A stretch of 64,000 bases of DNA from a bacterium (GCA_040390065.1 JAZJZE010000005.1:128001-192000), one strand, 5' to 3'; numbered from the stretch's first letter, positions 46,962 to 56,569 are shown. Translations and numbers: made by a program. Notes: a model not told the origin generated them from the letters alone.

Positions 46962-47105
46962 TGTCATGAACCACTGCGGGTCAAGCCACAGCTCGAAGGT
47001 CGCCTTGCACTCGGGGCACGATACTGGATAGTCCGTCCGGCCCGCCTGGCGCGCTGGGACGTCGTGCGTGGTGACCACGTTGCACTTCGGGCAATCGACG
47101 TCCAT
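46956..47105 (-). CDS. 49-aa zinc-ribbon microprotein (CPKC...CPEC)
   Basis: Manual translation MDVDCPKCNVVTTHDVPARQAGRTDYPVSCPECKATFELWLDPQWFMTA*; below the ORF-track length cutoff; fills the gap downstream of the DMT gene. Confidence 0.7.
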   Translation of the reverse strand: MDVDCPKCNVVTTHDVPARQAGRTDYPVSCPECKATFELWLDPQWFMTA

Positions 47106-47133
47106 GTACACAAGGCGGTTTCAGACTGCCGTG

Positions 47134-48036
47134 CTATTTTGGGCTTGGGGTGCGAGACTGGACCCACAGGTACGCCGTGACGCTGACGAGCACGAGGCCC
47201 AAGCCGCCGACCTGCGCCGCGGTGAACGGCTCTGCAAACAGCAGGGCTGCGAAGAGCGCCGTGAAGCCCAACTCGGCGCCGACGAGCAGATTGACGAGGC
47301 TGGCTGGCGCCCGCTGCAACGCCGCATTGAACAGGATGAAACTCGCAAGCGTCGGGACCGCCACGTACACGGCCATCCAGCCCCACGACGCGGCCGTCTG
47401 GTGCAGAAGGGCGGGCGGACCTTCCAACACCAAGGCAGGCACGCCGTACCACGCGGCCCCGAAGATGAATGACGCGCCCATCAGGGGGGCCAAGGGCACC
47501 TGATCGGCAAACCGTCGCAGCGCCACGGAATAGAAGGCCCACACGAGTCCCGACGACACGGCGAGGGCCATGCCCCAGGCACCGACGGCCTGTGGCGCCT
47601 GCAGCCCGAAGAGCGCGACGTAGCCGCCCAGAAGCAACCCGGCAGCCGCGGGTGCGAACCATGGCCCGACCCGTTCGCCCAGGGTGACGTGCGCCAGAGC
47701 CGCCGTCCAAAGCGGCGCCGTGTAGAAGCCGAGTGTGGCGTAGGTGGCGTGCGGCAGCGCCGCCAGACTGTAGAGAAAAAGCGTCAAACTCGCGTTGGCA
47801 AGGACGTTGACCCAGAGCACGTCGCGACGCAGAAGCAGCCGCATGGACTCGCGCTGCACCGAGGGCTTGAGGCACGCGATGAACAAGACGGCGGCAAGGG
47901 CGAAGCGCACGGCGTTCAGGCCAAACGGCAAGTACGCCCCGGTGGCGAGGAAGTGCTTGCCGACGGGAGACAGCAGCCCCCAACTCGCGTAGGCGAGGAA
48001 CGCGAGCGCGATGCCGAACCTTGCCTTGGATGCCAA
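47134..48036 (-). CDS. DMT/EamA family transporter
   Basis: About 10 TM helices in two repeats; SWG, RF, YTAPLWTAALA..LGER, LFAEPFT..QVGG. Confidence 0.88.
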   Translation of the reverse strand: MASKARFGIALAFLAYASWGLLSPVGKHFLATGAYLPFGLNAVRFALAAVLFIACLKPSVQRESMRLLLRRDVLWVNVLANASLTLFLYSLAALPHATYATLGFYTAPLWTAALAHVTLGERVGPWFAPAAAGLLLGGYVALFGLQAPQAVGAWGMALAVSSGLVWAFYSVALRRFADQVPLAPLMGASFIFGAAWYGVPALVLEGPPALLHQTAASWGWMAVYVAVPTLASFILFNAALQRAPASLVNLLVGAELGFTALFAALLFAEPFTAAQVGGLGLVLVSVTAYLWVQSRTPSPK

Positions 48037-48072
48037 CGCAGGGCAGACCGCACGCGCCCGGAAAAGGCCCGC

Positions 48073-48456
48073 CTACGGCGCTGAGCGAACGACGCGACCG
48101 ACGTCGCGCCGGCTCAGGCCCAACCGCTTCGCCAGGCGGGAAAGATGCGACGTCTCGCTCCAGCTCAGCATCCGGTCGTCGCCGGCCACGACGCAGGCGA
48201 CGCGCAGGGCAGTGACGCGGGCCGAGTGGCCAGAGAGAGCCGCAAGCGCCTGGGTGAGCACGTCTTCCTCGCCGCGTTGCGCCACGTCCTCTTGCCCGGC
48301 CGCGACGAGGCGCCGCACCTGGGCGTCCGTCATGCCCTCGAAGGCATGCGGCACGCGATGCCACGGGGACGGCCCCTGGCCTGATGCCGGTGGGCGGCCG
48401 GCTCGCATGGTGAGGGCGACGATGCGCGCCAGCGCTTCCTCCTGCGTGAAGCCCAT
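48073..48456 (-). CDS. TerB-like protein
   Basis: ALRVACVVAGDDRMLSWSETSHLSRLAKRLGL resembles the TerB C-terminal motif; paralog of the adjacent gene. Confidence 0.6.
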   Translation of the reverse strand: MGFTQEEALARIVALTMRAGRPPASGQGPSPWHRVPHAFEGMTDAQVRRLVAAGQEDVAQRGEEDVLTQALAALSGHSARVTALRVACVVAGDDRMLSWSETSHLSRLAKRLGLSRRDVGRVVRSAP

Positions 48457-48482
48457 ACGCGCCGATGGCACCGCCCAGCGGT

Positions 48483-48935
48483 TCAAGGTTTGCGTGGCGG
48501 CCGCGGCGGCCAATAGGTGTGCAGCACTTGTGTGACGTCGGAGCGCGACAGGCCCAATGCGTCGGCGAATTCGAGGACCTGCCGCGACTCCTGCCACGCG
48601 AGCTTGCGGTCCGCGATGGCCACTTGGCAAGCAACGTGCAGACCTTCCACTGCTCCGGCGCGGTCCCCAAGGCCGGCGCGCACACGGGCCAACACATCGC
48701 CCTGCGGCTTGGTGTTGACATCCGCAAGCGCCTCGCCCACGATGCGCTCGACGTCCGGGCGCGGCACGCGCGCAAGGCGCTTCTTGAGGGCCGCCGAGGC
48801 GCTGGCTTTCTCGATGGCGGTCTCCACGCCATCGGCGCGGGCGACGAGCATCGCCAGGCGAAGCAGGGCCGCCTCGGCTTCAAGGGGCTGGGGCACGCCG
48901 GCGCATGCAGCGAGGCGGCCCTTCAAGGTTTGCAA
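48483..48935 (-). CDS. TerB family protein
   Basis: LAMLVARADGVETAIE and VAIADRKLAWQESRQV..FADALGL (two ADG/AD..E motifs). Confidence 0.75.
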   Translation of the reverse strand: MQTLKGRLAACAGVPQPLEAEAALLRLAMLVARADGVETAIEKASASAALKKRLARVPRPDVERIVGEALADVNTKPQGDVLARVRAGLGDRAGAVEGLHVACQVAIADRKLAWQESRQVLEFADALGLSRSDVTQVLHTYWPPRPPRKP

Positions 48936-48944
48936 GCAAACCCG

Positions 48945-49517
48945 CTACAGGAAGGTCGAGGAGCGGGGCAGGTGCTCATAGAGCACCTCGATGTCAGACA
49001 AGCGGTGCAGGCCCTGCAGGTCGAGGCGGACCTCGGATTGCCGGGCCGTCAGCTTGGGCTCGATGCGCAGACGCAGCGCGGGGCGGCGAAGATGGGGCGT
49101 TGCAGGAGGCTTCTCGAATGGTACATGCAGGTCCGCGACGGCGCGGTCGACCTTCCAGTCGATGGCCGCCCGGCCTGTCTTGGCGTAGATGAAATGCACG
49201 CGCTGGATGTCACGGTACGCGAGCTTGCGGTCGATGCCGAACATGGTGCCGATCACGATGCCGGTGCCGTCGACGACGATGCACAGTGCGACCCAGCGCC
49301 AGACGGCAACGCCGGCCAGCACGAGGAGCCCGAACGTCCCCGCCAGCCAAGTGATGGAACGCAGCGAGAGGGCAGCGCAGAGGGTTGCGCCTGCCAGGAG
49401 GAGATTGGCCATGAGAAGGGTCCCTTGCCCCATGTGGATGACGGCGCGCCGCTTTGGCACGGACACGGGAGACGGCAAGGAGTGGGCAAACGAGCCATCG
49501 AGGACGGCCGGCGGCAT
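48945..49517 (-). CDS. Hypothetical membrane protein (two TM plus PH-like soluble domain)
   Basis: Two hydrophobic helices followed by IVVDGTGIVI..LAYRDIQRV. Confidence 0.55.
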   Translation of the reverse strand: MPPAVLDGSFAHSLPSPVSVPKRRAVIHMGQGTLLMANLLLAGATLCAALSLRSITWLAGTFGLLVLAGVAVWRWVALCIVVDGTGIVIGTMFGIDRKLAYRDIQRVHFIYAKTGRAAIDWKVDRAVADLHVPFEKPPATPHLRRPALRLRIEPKLTARQSEVRLDLQGLHRLSDIEVLYEHLPRSSTFL

Positions 49518-49580
49518 GGCCCTCTTGATTGCGGCCGCTGGGCCTTCAAGATTCCTGCGCGGTCCTGCAATAGCGAACCG

Positions 49581-51980
49581 CTACGAGGGCTGAAGCTTGT
49601 GCATCTCGCGCAACTCGCTGGCCATGCCCGTGAGGCCGTCCGGAATCGGGGCAGCGGTCTCCGGAATCGGGGCTCCAAGGCTGAGGCCCTTCTCCTGCTT
49701 GGCCTTCCACACGAGCGAGTTGAACGCGACGATCTGCGTCGTCGCCTCGGGGTCATGAGGATGGCCGCCCGGCTGGGGGAACAAGCCGCGGTGGACGTCG
49801 GCGCCGTGGATGCCGTGCGCGTAGTAGTGGCTGGCAAACGGCGTGATGGGAGCAAGCAGATGCAGGACCGCGCCGAGGACATGGTGTAGGGTCCAGCAAG
49901 CGGCCGGGTCGCCGGCGTACGCGCGGCCCTTGACCATCTCCACGTAGTGCGGCGCAAAGACGTTCCAGACGAAGGAGCGCACATTGTTGGCTGGCGTGAA
50001 GAAATCGAGGGTGTCGTAGCCTGCCCGGGCGGATGCGATGACCGCGTCGAGTTCGCCCAAGATCCAGGCGTCCGCCGGGCGCAGGTGCGCGGGCCTCGCT
50101 GCCTGCGGGAACTTGCCGACGAAGGACGCTACGTTGGCGAGTTTCTGCATGAACTTGCCCGCACCCGCGATCTTCTCCTCGTTGATGCGGAAGTCGTCGC
50201 CCACGAGGGATTCGCCTGCGATCCACAGGCGGAAGGCGTCGCTGCCGACTTTCTGGATGATGAGGTCCGGGTCGATGACGTTGCCCAGCGACTTCGACAT
50301 CTTGCGGCCCTGTTTGTCCATCCCGAGGCCGGTGATCCAGGCATGGTCGAAGGCGGCCTCGCCGCGCAGCAGCCACGTCTTCAGGACCGTGTAGTAGAGC
50401 CAAGTGCGCACGATATCGCGGCCCTGCGGACGGACCGAGCAGACGTGGTCTTTGCCCCACGACGTGCCACGGAAGCCCTTGAGGATGTACAGGTTCGAGA
50501 CGGAGGAGTCCATCCAGGTGTCGAACACCTTGGTCTCGCCGTGGATGTGGGACTTGTGCTCGCGGATGAACGTCTCGAGAGGTCCGAGGTCCTTGCGGGT
50601 GGCGCGGTGCAGCACGCGGCATCCGGCCGGCGGCTCGTGTCGCCACGGCTGGTGATAGGCGCCTTTCGGGGGGACGACCACGAAATCGGTCTCCTCGTCC
50701 TGCGGGCCGCGTAGGAACCACAACGGAATCTCAGTGTGGTACCAGCGGCGGCGTGAGATGGGCCAGTCGATGGTGACGGTGTCGATCCAGTCGAGCAGGA
50801 GCTGGCGGTGCTTGGCCGGGTGGAACTCAATCCTGTCGGAGACCGCGCGCAACTCGTCGCCGACGTGCGTCTGCTTGACGTACCACTCCTTGAGGAGGAT
50901 GATCTCGACGGCGGCGTTGCTGCGTTCCGAGATGGGGAACTTCTGGTCGACGACCTGGTGGCCTTCCATGAGTCCGGCAGCCTCGAGGTGCTCGATGGCT
51001 TTCTTGCGGGCCTCCTCGACCTTGAGGCCGGCGAACGGGCCGGCGACGTCGGTGAGCTTGCCGTCAAGGCCGATGGCGGCAATCGGTTCCAGTTTCAGTT
51101 CGCGAAACAGGTTGACGTCGGCTTGGTCGCCGTAGCTGCACACCATCATGATGCCGGAGCCGAAGTCCACTTTCACGTACGGGTGGGCCAGAATCTTGAC
51201 CTCCCGGCCATAGACGGGCAGGATTGCGGTCTTTCCGATGAGATGCTTCGTCGCCTCGTTGTCGGGATGGACGAGCACCGCGCGGCAGGCGCAGATGAGT
51301 TCCGGCCTGGTCGTGGAGATGAGAACCGTCTCGCCCGTCTCCATGACCTGCCACTTGACGTGGTTGAGCCGCGTCTTGCGCTCCTCGTAGAAGATTTCGG
51401 CATCGGCGATGGCGGTCCCGAGCTTTGGGTCATACGCGTTCGGGCGCAGGTCCTCGACGATGAGGCCTTTCTCGAAGAGTTCCAGGAAGCAAGCTTGCGA
51501 GAAGGCGCGGTATTCCGGGGAGTCCGTGGCGTAGCTCAGGGGACCCGTGTACGCGGCGCTCAGGCCGACGCGTTGGGCGATGCGCACCATGTCGTCCGAG
51601 TAGACGGCGATCTCCTTGGCGCACGCCTCGTTGAACGCGGCGCGCCCGCCGGGCCAGTCCTGCATGCGCTTGCCAACCTTCTTCTCGAGGGCCAGTTCGA
51701 TGTTGATGCCGTTGCGGTCGACGCCCCACGGGAACAGCACGTCGTACCCGAGCATGCGTCGGCTGCGGGCGATGACGTCGATGAGCGAGTAGCCGGCGAC
51801 CGCACCGATGTGCCATTTTCCTGAGGGATATGGGGGCGGCGTGTCGATGGACCAGACCGGCTTGTTGCCGTCGCCCTTGAACTCGATGGGATGCGCAGCG
51901 AGGTCGGCGGCGATGCGGGCCTCGAGTTCCACGGTCCACTTCTCAAGGGCCGGGCTGGAGGGGGCCGTCTCGTCGGACAT
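49581..51980 (-). CDS. valS: Valyl-tRNA synthetase (short archaeal type)
   Basis: IDTPPPYPSGKWHIGA (HIGH), STTRPEL, FGSG..M.CSYGD, DWPISRRR, DTWMDSS, RPQGRDIVRTW, KMSKS; lacks the bacterial C-terminal coiled coil. Confidence 0.95.
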   Translation of the reverse strand: MSDETAPSSPALEKWTVELEARIAADLAAHPIEFKGDGNKPVWSIDTPPPYPSGKWHIGAVAGYSLIDVIARSRRMLGYDVLFPWGVDRNGINIELALEKKVGKRMQDWPGGRAAFNEACAKEIAVYSDDMVRIAQRVGLSAAYTGPLSYATDSPEYRAFSQACFLELFEKGLIVEDLRPNAYDPKLGTAIADAEIFYEERKTRLNHVKWQVMETGETVLISTTRPELICACRAVLVHPDNEATKHLIGKTAILPVYGREVKILAHPYVKVDFGSGIMMVCSYGDQADVNLFRELKLEPIAAIGLDGKLTDVAGPFAGLKVEEARKKAIEHLEAAGLMEGHQVVDQKFPISERSNAAVEIILLKEWYVKQTHVGDELRAVSDRIEFHPAKHRQLLLDWIDTVTIDWPISRRRWYHTEIPLWFLRGPQDEETDFVVVPPKGAYHQPWRHEPPAGCRVLHRATRKDLGPLETFIREHKSHIHGETKVFDTWMDSSVSNLYILKGFRGTSWGKDHVCSVRPQGRDIVRTWLYYTVLKTWLLRGEAAFDHAWITGLGMDKQGRKMSKSLGNVIDPDLIIQKVGSDAFRLWIAGESLVGDDFRINEEKIAGAGKFMQKLANVASFVGKFPQAARPAHLRPADAWILGELDAVIASARAGYDTLDFFTPANNVRSFVWNVFAPHYVEMVKGRAYAGDPAACWTLHHVLGAVLHLLAPITPFASHYYAHGIHGADVHRGLFPQPGGHPHDPEATTQIVAFNSLVWKAKQEKGLSLGAPIPETAAPIPDGLTGMASELREMHKLQPS

Positions 51981-52004
51981 GTCGGTGTCGCGACGAAGAT
52001 ATGG

Positions 52005-52012
52005 TTTTTAAG
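52005..52012. promoter_or_regulatory. Candidate shared TATA box between divergent valS and a lipoprotein gene
   Basis: TTTTTAAG island in a 60-bp GC-rich intergenic region, about 25-30 nt from both start codons (51980 on minus, 52041 on plus). Confidence 0.55.
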
Positions 52013-52040
52013 GGCCGGGTCTCCGTGGGTCGTGAAGCCC

Positions 52041-52910
52041 ATGCGCGTCGCCATGCTTGCCATCCTCATCCTGTCCCTCGCTCTCGCCGGCTGCGGCGGA
52101 TCCTCCGACGACTCGTCGACGACCACCGGCGGCTGCTCCGACACCGCGAGCGACGGCTCGCCCTCGTGCACCACGACGAACGGCAACACGACGCCGCCGA
52201 CGCCGAACGTGCCTCCCGTGCTCGTCTACACCATCAAGGTCGCGGGCGTTGCGGGCAACGTCTCGAACCCCGGCACGAACGTGACGATCGAGGCCACCGG
52301 CTCCGTCGACAACGATGGCGACGGGCTCGACGTCATCGCGGTGGCGGCGAAGGACTCCAACCGCACCTACCCGTCGCAACTGCTCTACTTCAACGGCGAT
52401 TTCGCCGTCGCGAAGTTCAAGTTCGACCTGCCGGGCGTCGTGAACGTCACGATCGCGGCGGCGGACAAGCGCGGCGACACGACCGTCAAGACCGCGAAGA
52501 TCTTCGTGGACGAGAAGACCACGGTGTCCAACAGCGCGGCCATGACGCTCGCCGTACCGACGGCCCAGACGACGGTCACACCGACGTCCTGCAAGGCCCC
52601 CAGCGGCCAATCTTCGGACACCCCGATTGACAGTGCCTCCGCGTTCAAGGGGACCTTCCGTGTTCTCGCAGGCACCCAGTATGTCGTTGCCAAGGTCGCC
52701 GCGGGCATGGCCAACATCGCCCTCTGCGATTCGACCGGCACGAAGATCTCCACTGCGTCCACCGACACCGTGACGAGCACGAAGGGAACGGTCTTCATCG
52801 TCCCCGCAGGAACGGCGAGCTACTACGTGGAAGCGTACAGCACGGCCCCCAACCAGGCGGTCGGCGTCATCAAGATCGACGTGACCGTGCACTACGAAGC
52901 CCAGCCGTAG
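52041..52910 (+). CDS. Putative lipoprotein with Ig/PKD-like domain
   Basis: MRVAMLAILILSLALAGC lipobox; Ser/Thr linker; NVPP..SVDNDGDGL Ig-like motif. Confidence 0.75.
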   Translation: MRVAMLAILILSLALAGCGGSSDDSSTTTGGCSDTASDGSPSCTTTNGNTTPPTPNVPPVLVYTIKVAGVAGNVSNPGTNVTIEATGSVDNDGDGLDVIAVAAKDSNRTYPSQLLYFNGDFAVAKFKFDLPGVVNVTIAAADKRGDTTVKTAKIFVDEKTTVSNSAAMTLAVPTAQTTVTPTSCKAPSGQSSDTPIDSASAFKGTFRVLAGTQYVVAKVAAGMANIALCDSTGTKISTASTDTVTSTKGTVFIVPAGTASYYVEAYSTAPNQAVGVIKIDVTVHYEAQP

Positions 52911-53081
52911 CCGGGAAACGCGGGAAACCCCGGAAAACGGGAAAACCCATGGCAGAGCGCCCGCGACGTCCGCCCAGCGCCAGGAACGCATCGCCTCAGC
53001 CGTCCAGGGCAACTTTCTCCTGTCGCCTCCTGCCAACCTTTTCATAGCGGTGGTCATGGCCGGATTCACTTAGGTGACCCT

Positions 53082-54953
53082 ATGGGACGCGTCTCTGCAA
53101 TGATTGGCGGCGAGGCCGGCTTCGGCATCATGTCTTCGGGCGAGCTTCTGGCCAAGTGCCTGACGCACGGCGGCCTCTGGGTCTACACCAACATCGAGTA
53201 CCCGTCCTTGATCCGCGGCGGCCACAACGCAATCCACGTCACGGCCTCCGACGAGCCCATCGTCTCCTACTACCCCGAGCTGCAGGTGCTGATTGCGCTC
53301 AACAAGGAGACCATCGACATGCACATCAAGGACGTCGTGAAGGGCGGCGTCATCGTCTTCGACGCCGAGGACCCAGCCTTCGCTGGCGCTGGCGCAGAAG
53401 TCGCCTCGACCTACGCCGACCACGTCAAGCGGGGCGTCTTCTTCCTCAACGTGCCCCTGAAGAAGCTGTCCGAAGCTGCGGGCGGCGTCATCACGAAGAA
53501 CACGGTGGCCGTCGGCGCGATGCTGGCCTTCATCGGCTACCCGTTCCACTTCATCGCCGAGGGCCTGGAGGACATCTTCGGCAAGAAGGGCGGCGACATC
53601 ATCACGATGAACGTGACGGCCGCCAAGTCCGGGTACGAGACGGTGACGGCGAACTTCGCCGACAAGATCGTGAAGCTCGTCAACGTCCACAAGGAAGCGC
53701 CCAAGCGCATGCTCATCACGGGCAACCAGAGCACGGCCATCGGCTTCATCCAGGGCGGCCTCAAGTGGTATTCGGCGTACCCGATGACGCCGGCCACGGC
53801 CATCCTGCAGACACTCATCCAGTACGGCGAGCCCTACGGGGTCATCGCCAAGCAGACCGAAGACGAACTCGCCGCCGGCCTCATGGCCATCGGCGCGAAC
53901 TACCAGGGCCTGCGGGCGGCCTGCGGCACCTCCGGCGGCGGTTTCTCGCTCATGGTGGAAGGCCTCGGCCTCGCCGCCATCGCGGAAGTCCCCATGGTCT
54001 ACGTCGACGTGCAGCGCGCCGGCCCCGCGACGGGGCTTCCGACGTGGAGCGGCCAGGGCGACCTGCGCTTCGTCCTGCACGCGAGCCAAGACGAGTTCCC
54101 GCGCTTCGTCATCGCGCCCGGCGACACCGAGGAGTGCTTCCGCGCCGCCTTCGATGCGCTCAACCTCGCAGAGATGTTCCAGGTCCCCGTCATCGTCATG
54201 ACGGACAAGAACCTCGCCGAGCACCACCAGACGTGGGAGCCGTACAACACGAAGGGCCTCGTCATCAACCGCGGCAAGCTCCTCAAGCACGGCGAAGCCC
54301 AGGTCGACCCGACGTACCGCAAGTTCGCGCGCCTCGAGTTCACGGCCGACGGCGTCTCGCCCCGCGTCGTTCCCGGCCAGCCCGGCGGCGTCCACACGAT
54401 GGCGTCCGACGAGCAGGACCGCTTCGGCGACATCACGGAGGACCCGACCAACCGGACGAAGCGCCACCTCAAGCGCTTCGCCAAGATGGAAGGGATGGCC
54501 GCCGTGTGCCCGCCGCCCAAGTTCTACACGTGGGCCAACGGCAACGTCGTCGAGGACAAGCACCCCGAAAGCGCGGACATCACGATGATCTGCTGGGGCG
54601 GCACGAAAGGCCCGGCCATCGAGTCCCTCAAACTCCTGCACGCCGCCGGCATCAAGGCCAACGTCCTGCACGTCATCTACATCTGGCCGTTCCCCAAGGT
54701 CGCGCTGGAGGAGATGCTGGAGAAGTGCAAGCACACCATCATGGTGGAGGCCAACTACCTCGGGCAACTCGAGGGCCTCATGCGCGAACACCTGCTGCGC
54801 GGCTGCGACGCGCGCATCCACAAGATCGACGGCCGGCCGTTCAACCCGATCCAGTTGTACCGCGATGTCGTCAAGATCGCGAAGCAGAACTTCACCGAGG
54901 TCACGTCCATCGCGACGGACTCGTACGCCACCCTCGAGGAGATGAAGGCATGA
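53082..54953 (+). CDS. korA: 2-oxoacid:ferredoxin oxidoreductase alpha subunit (fused gamma)
   Basis: IGGEAGFGI, EYPSLIRGGHN, YPMTPAT, QTEDELAA, TSGGGFSLM, QRAGPATGLPT; SD-like AGGTGA upstream. Substrate specificity cannot be determined from sequence. Confidence 0.93.
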   Translation: MGRVSAMIGGEAGFGIMSSGELLAKCLTHGGLWVYTNIEYPSLIRGGHNAIHVTASDEPIVSYYPELQVLIALNKETIDMHIKDVVKGGVIVFDAEDPAFAGAGAEVASTYADHVKRGVFFLNVPLKKLSEAAGGVITKNTVAVGAMLAFIGYPFHFIAEGLEDIFGKKGGDIITMNVTAAKSGYETVTANFADKIVKLVNVHKEAPKRMLITGNQSTAIGFIQGGLKWYSAYPMTPATAILQTLIQYGEPYGVIAKQTEDELAAGLMAIGANYQGLRAACGTSGGGFSLMVEGLGLAAIAEVPMVYVDVQRAGPATGLPTWSGQGDLRFVLHASQDEFPRFVIAPGDTEECFRAAFDALNLAEMFQVPVIVMTDKNLAEHHQTWEPYNTKGLVINRGKLLKHGEAQVDPTYRKFARLEFTADGVSPRVVPGQPGGVHTMASDEQDRFGDITEDPTNRTKRHLKRFAKMEGMAAVCPPPKFYTWANGNVVEDKHPESADITMICWGGTKGPAIESLKLLHAAGIKANVLHVIYIWPFPKVALEEMLEKCKHTIMVEANYLGQLEGLMREHLLRGCDARIHKIDGRPFNPIQLYRDVVKIAKQNFTEVTSIATDSYATLEEMKA

Positions 54954-55855
54954 ACCCCGACCCCGCCCCGGCCGGCGCGCCGCAGACCCTCAAGCTCACG
55001 ACGAAGGACTTCACGACGGAGAACAAGCCAGACTGGTGCCCAGGCTGCGGCGACTTCGGCATCCTGAACGCGCTGAAGAAGGTCCTCGTCGACCTACAGA
55101 AGCAGCCGCACGAGGTCACGGTCGTGGCCGGCATCGGCTGCTCGAGCAAGCTGCCGCACTGGCTCAACACCTACGGCTTCCACACGCTGCACGGACGCGC
55201 GCTGCCCATCGCCACGGCCGTCCGCCTGGCCAACACGAAGAACGACGTCATCGTCATCAGCGGCGACGGCGACGGCTACGGCATCGGTGTCGGGCACCTG
55301 GTCCACGCGGCCCGGCGCAACGTCAACATCACCATGCTGGCGCACAACAACCAGATCTACGGCCTCACCACCGGGCAAGCCTCGCCTACGACGGACCTCG
55401 GCCACAAGACGAAGACGACGCCGAAGGGGAACTTCGAGGCGCCCGTCAACCCGCTGGGCCTCGCGATTGCATGCGGCGCCGGATTCGTCGCGCGCAGCAG
55501 CGCCGGCGACCCGAAGCACCTTGCCGAGACCATCAAGGCCGGCATGGAGTACAAGGGGTTCGCGCTCATCGACATCCTGCAACCGTGTGTCACGTTCAAC
55601 AAGGTGAACACGTACGCCTGGTACAAGGAGCAGAGCCGCAAACTGCCCGCCGACTACGACGTCACGAACAAGGCGAAGGCCTTCGAGACGAGCCTCAACT
55701 GGGGCCACAACGACATCGAACTCGGCACCCTCTACCGCAACGACAAGCTGCCCACGTTGGAGGACTTCTACCCGCAAGCGACCGGCGCGACGCCGTTGTA
55801 CATGCAGGACATCAGGAATATTGACACAACGCCGACCTTGAACAAATTCGTTTAG
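54950..55855 (+). CDS. korB: 2-oxoacid:ferredoxin oxidoreductase beta subunit
   Basis: WCPGCGDF, GIGCSS, HTLHGRA, TPP-binding GDGD..NNQIYGLTTGQASPT, QPCVTFN; ATGA overlap with the alpha subunit. Confidence 0.95.
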   Translation: MNPDPAPAGAPQTLKLTTKDFTTENKPDWCPGCGDFGILNALKKVLVDLQKQPHEVTVVAGIGCSSKLPHWLNTYGFHTLHGRALPIATAVRLANTKNDVIVISGDGDGYGIGVGHLVHAARRNVNITMLAHNNQIYGLTTGQASPTTDLGHKTKTTPKGNFEAPVNPLGLAIACGAGFVARSSAGDPKHLAETIKAGMEYKGFALIDILQPCVTFNKVNTYAWYKEQSRKLPADYDVTNKAKAFETSLNWGHNDIELGTLYRNDKLPTLEDFYPQATGATPLYMQDIRNIDTTPTLNKFV

Positions 55856-55862
55856 GTGTAGC

Positions 55863-56087
55863 ATGGGCTGGGACGAGATCGGGGCTATTGCTACGGTCGT
55901 TGGCGTTGTGCTCGCAACGCTCGGCGCAATCGGGACGGTTTTCGCCTTCACCTGGCGCCGGATTGACAAGGTTGAGGAGCGCCTCCGAAATATCGAAGAT
56001 GACAAGAACTATCTCACAGGCGTAGAACATAGTCGCGCCCAAGCCTTGGAGAAAACCAAAGAGATTGCGAGAAGGAAGGGACGATGA
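55863..56087 (+). CDS. Small single-TM protein with coiled-coil tail
   Basis: 74 aa; TM then RRIDKVEERLRNIE; A/T-richer codon usage than the host genes. Confidence 0.6.
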   Translation: MGWDEIGAIATVVGVVLATLGAIGTVFAFTWRRIDKVEERLRNIEDDKNYLTGVEHSRAQALEKTKEIARRKGR

Positions 56088-56287
56088 GTCTAACGCCATG
56101 GGAAAGAGAGCGGCTTGCAGAATTGGTCGGCCGTCAGAATATGTGGGGACTCAGCCCTGGCGAGGAGCAGGAACTTCGCGCCCTCATGGCCAAGGAGTTT
56201 CCAAACGAGGCGCAAACCCTCGCCATCGGTGCCCTGGCTGCGATCGCGCTTGGATTCCTGGCTTACTGGCTTCTGCGGGAAAAGTGA
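56084..56287 (+). CDS. Small protein with C-terminal TM
   Basis: 67 aa; ATGA overlap with the previous ORF; LSPGEEQELRAL then a hydrophobic C-terminus. Confidence 0.6.
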   Translation: MSLTPWERERLAELVGRQNMWGLSPGEEQELRALMAKEFPNEAQTLAIGALAAIALGFLAYWLLREK

Positions 56288-56367
56288 CCCGGGAAGGTCG
56301 CCCCCGTTGCAAGTGTTGGCGAGGCAAGCATCGACAAGACCACGGCGGGCGTGGCGTCGGTCGGCCT

Positions 56368-56569
56368 GGGCGGCCGCTCGTGAGCGAAGCGAGCAGGCGC
56401 TCCGCGGCGCGCTGCGGGAGGCGCGCCGGAGCGCGGGAACACGCGCGGCGACGAGCCGCGCGGTGTGAGCGGCCGCCCTTTCCTTCCGGGGGTGCGGGGG
56501 GCGAAGCTCCCCGCGAGGGGCGCGCTATCGACCGGCGAAAGGGGTGAGCGAAGCGAACCCGTTTCGCCG
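56368..56569. repeat. Multi-hairpin palindromic element with three GCGAAGC mini-hairpins (REP/MITE-like)
   Basis: GGGCGGCCGCTC (56368) pairs with GAGCGGCCGCCC (56467-56478) around inner stems; GCGAAGC at 56384, 56501 and 56548; CGGCGAAA..TTTCGCCG stem. Confidence 0.7.
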
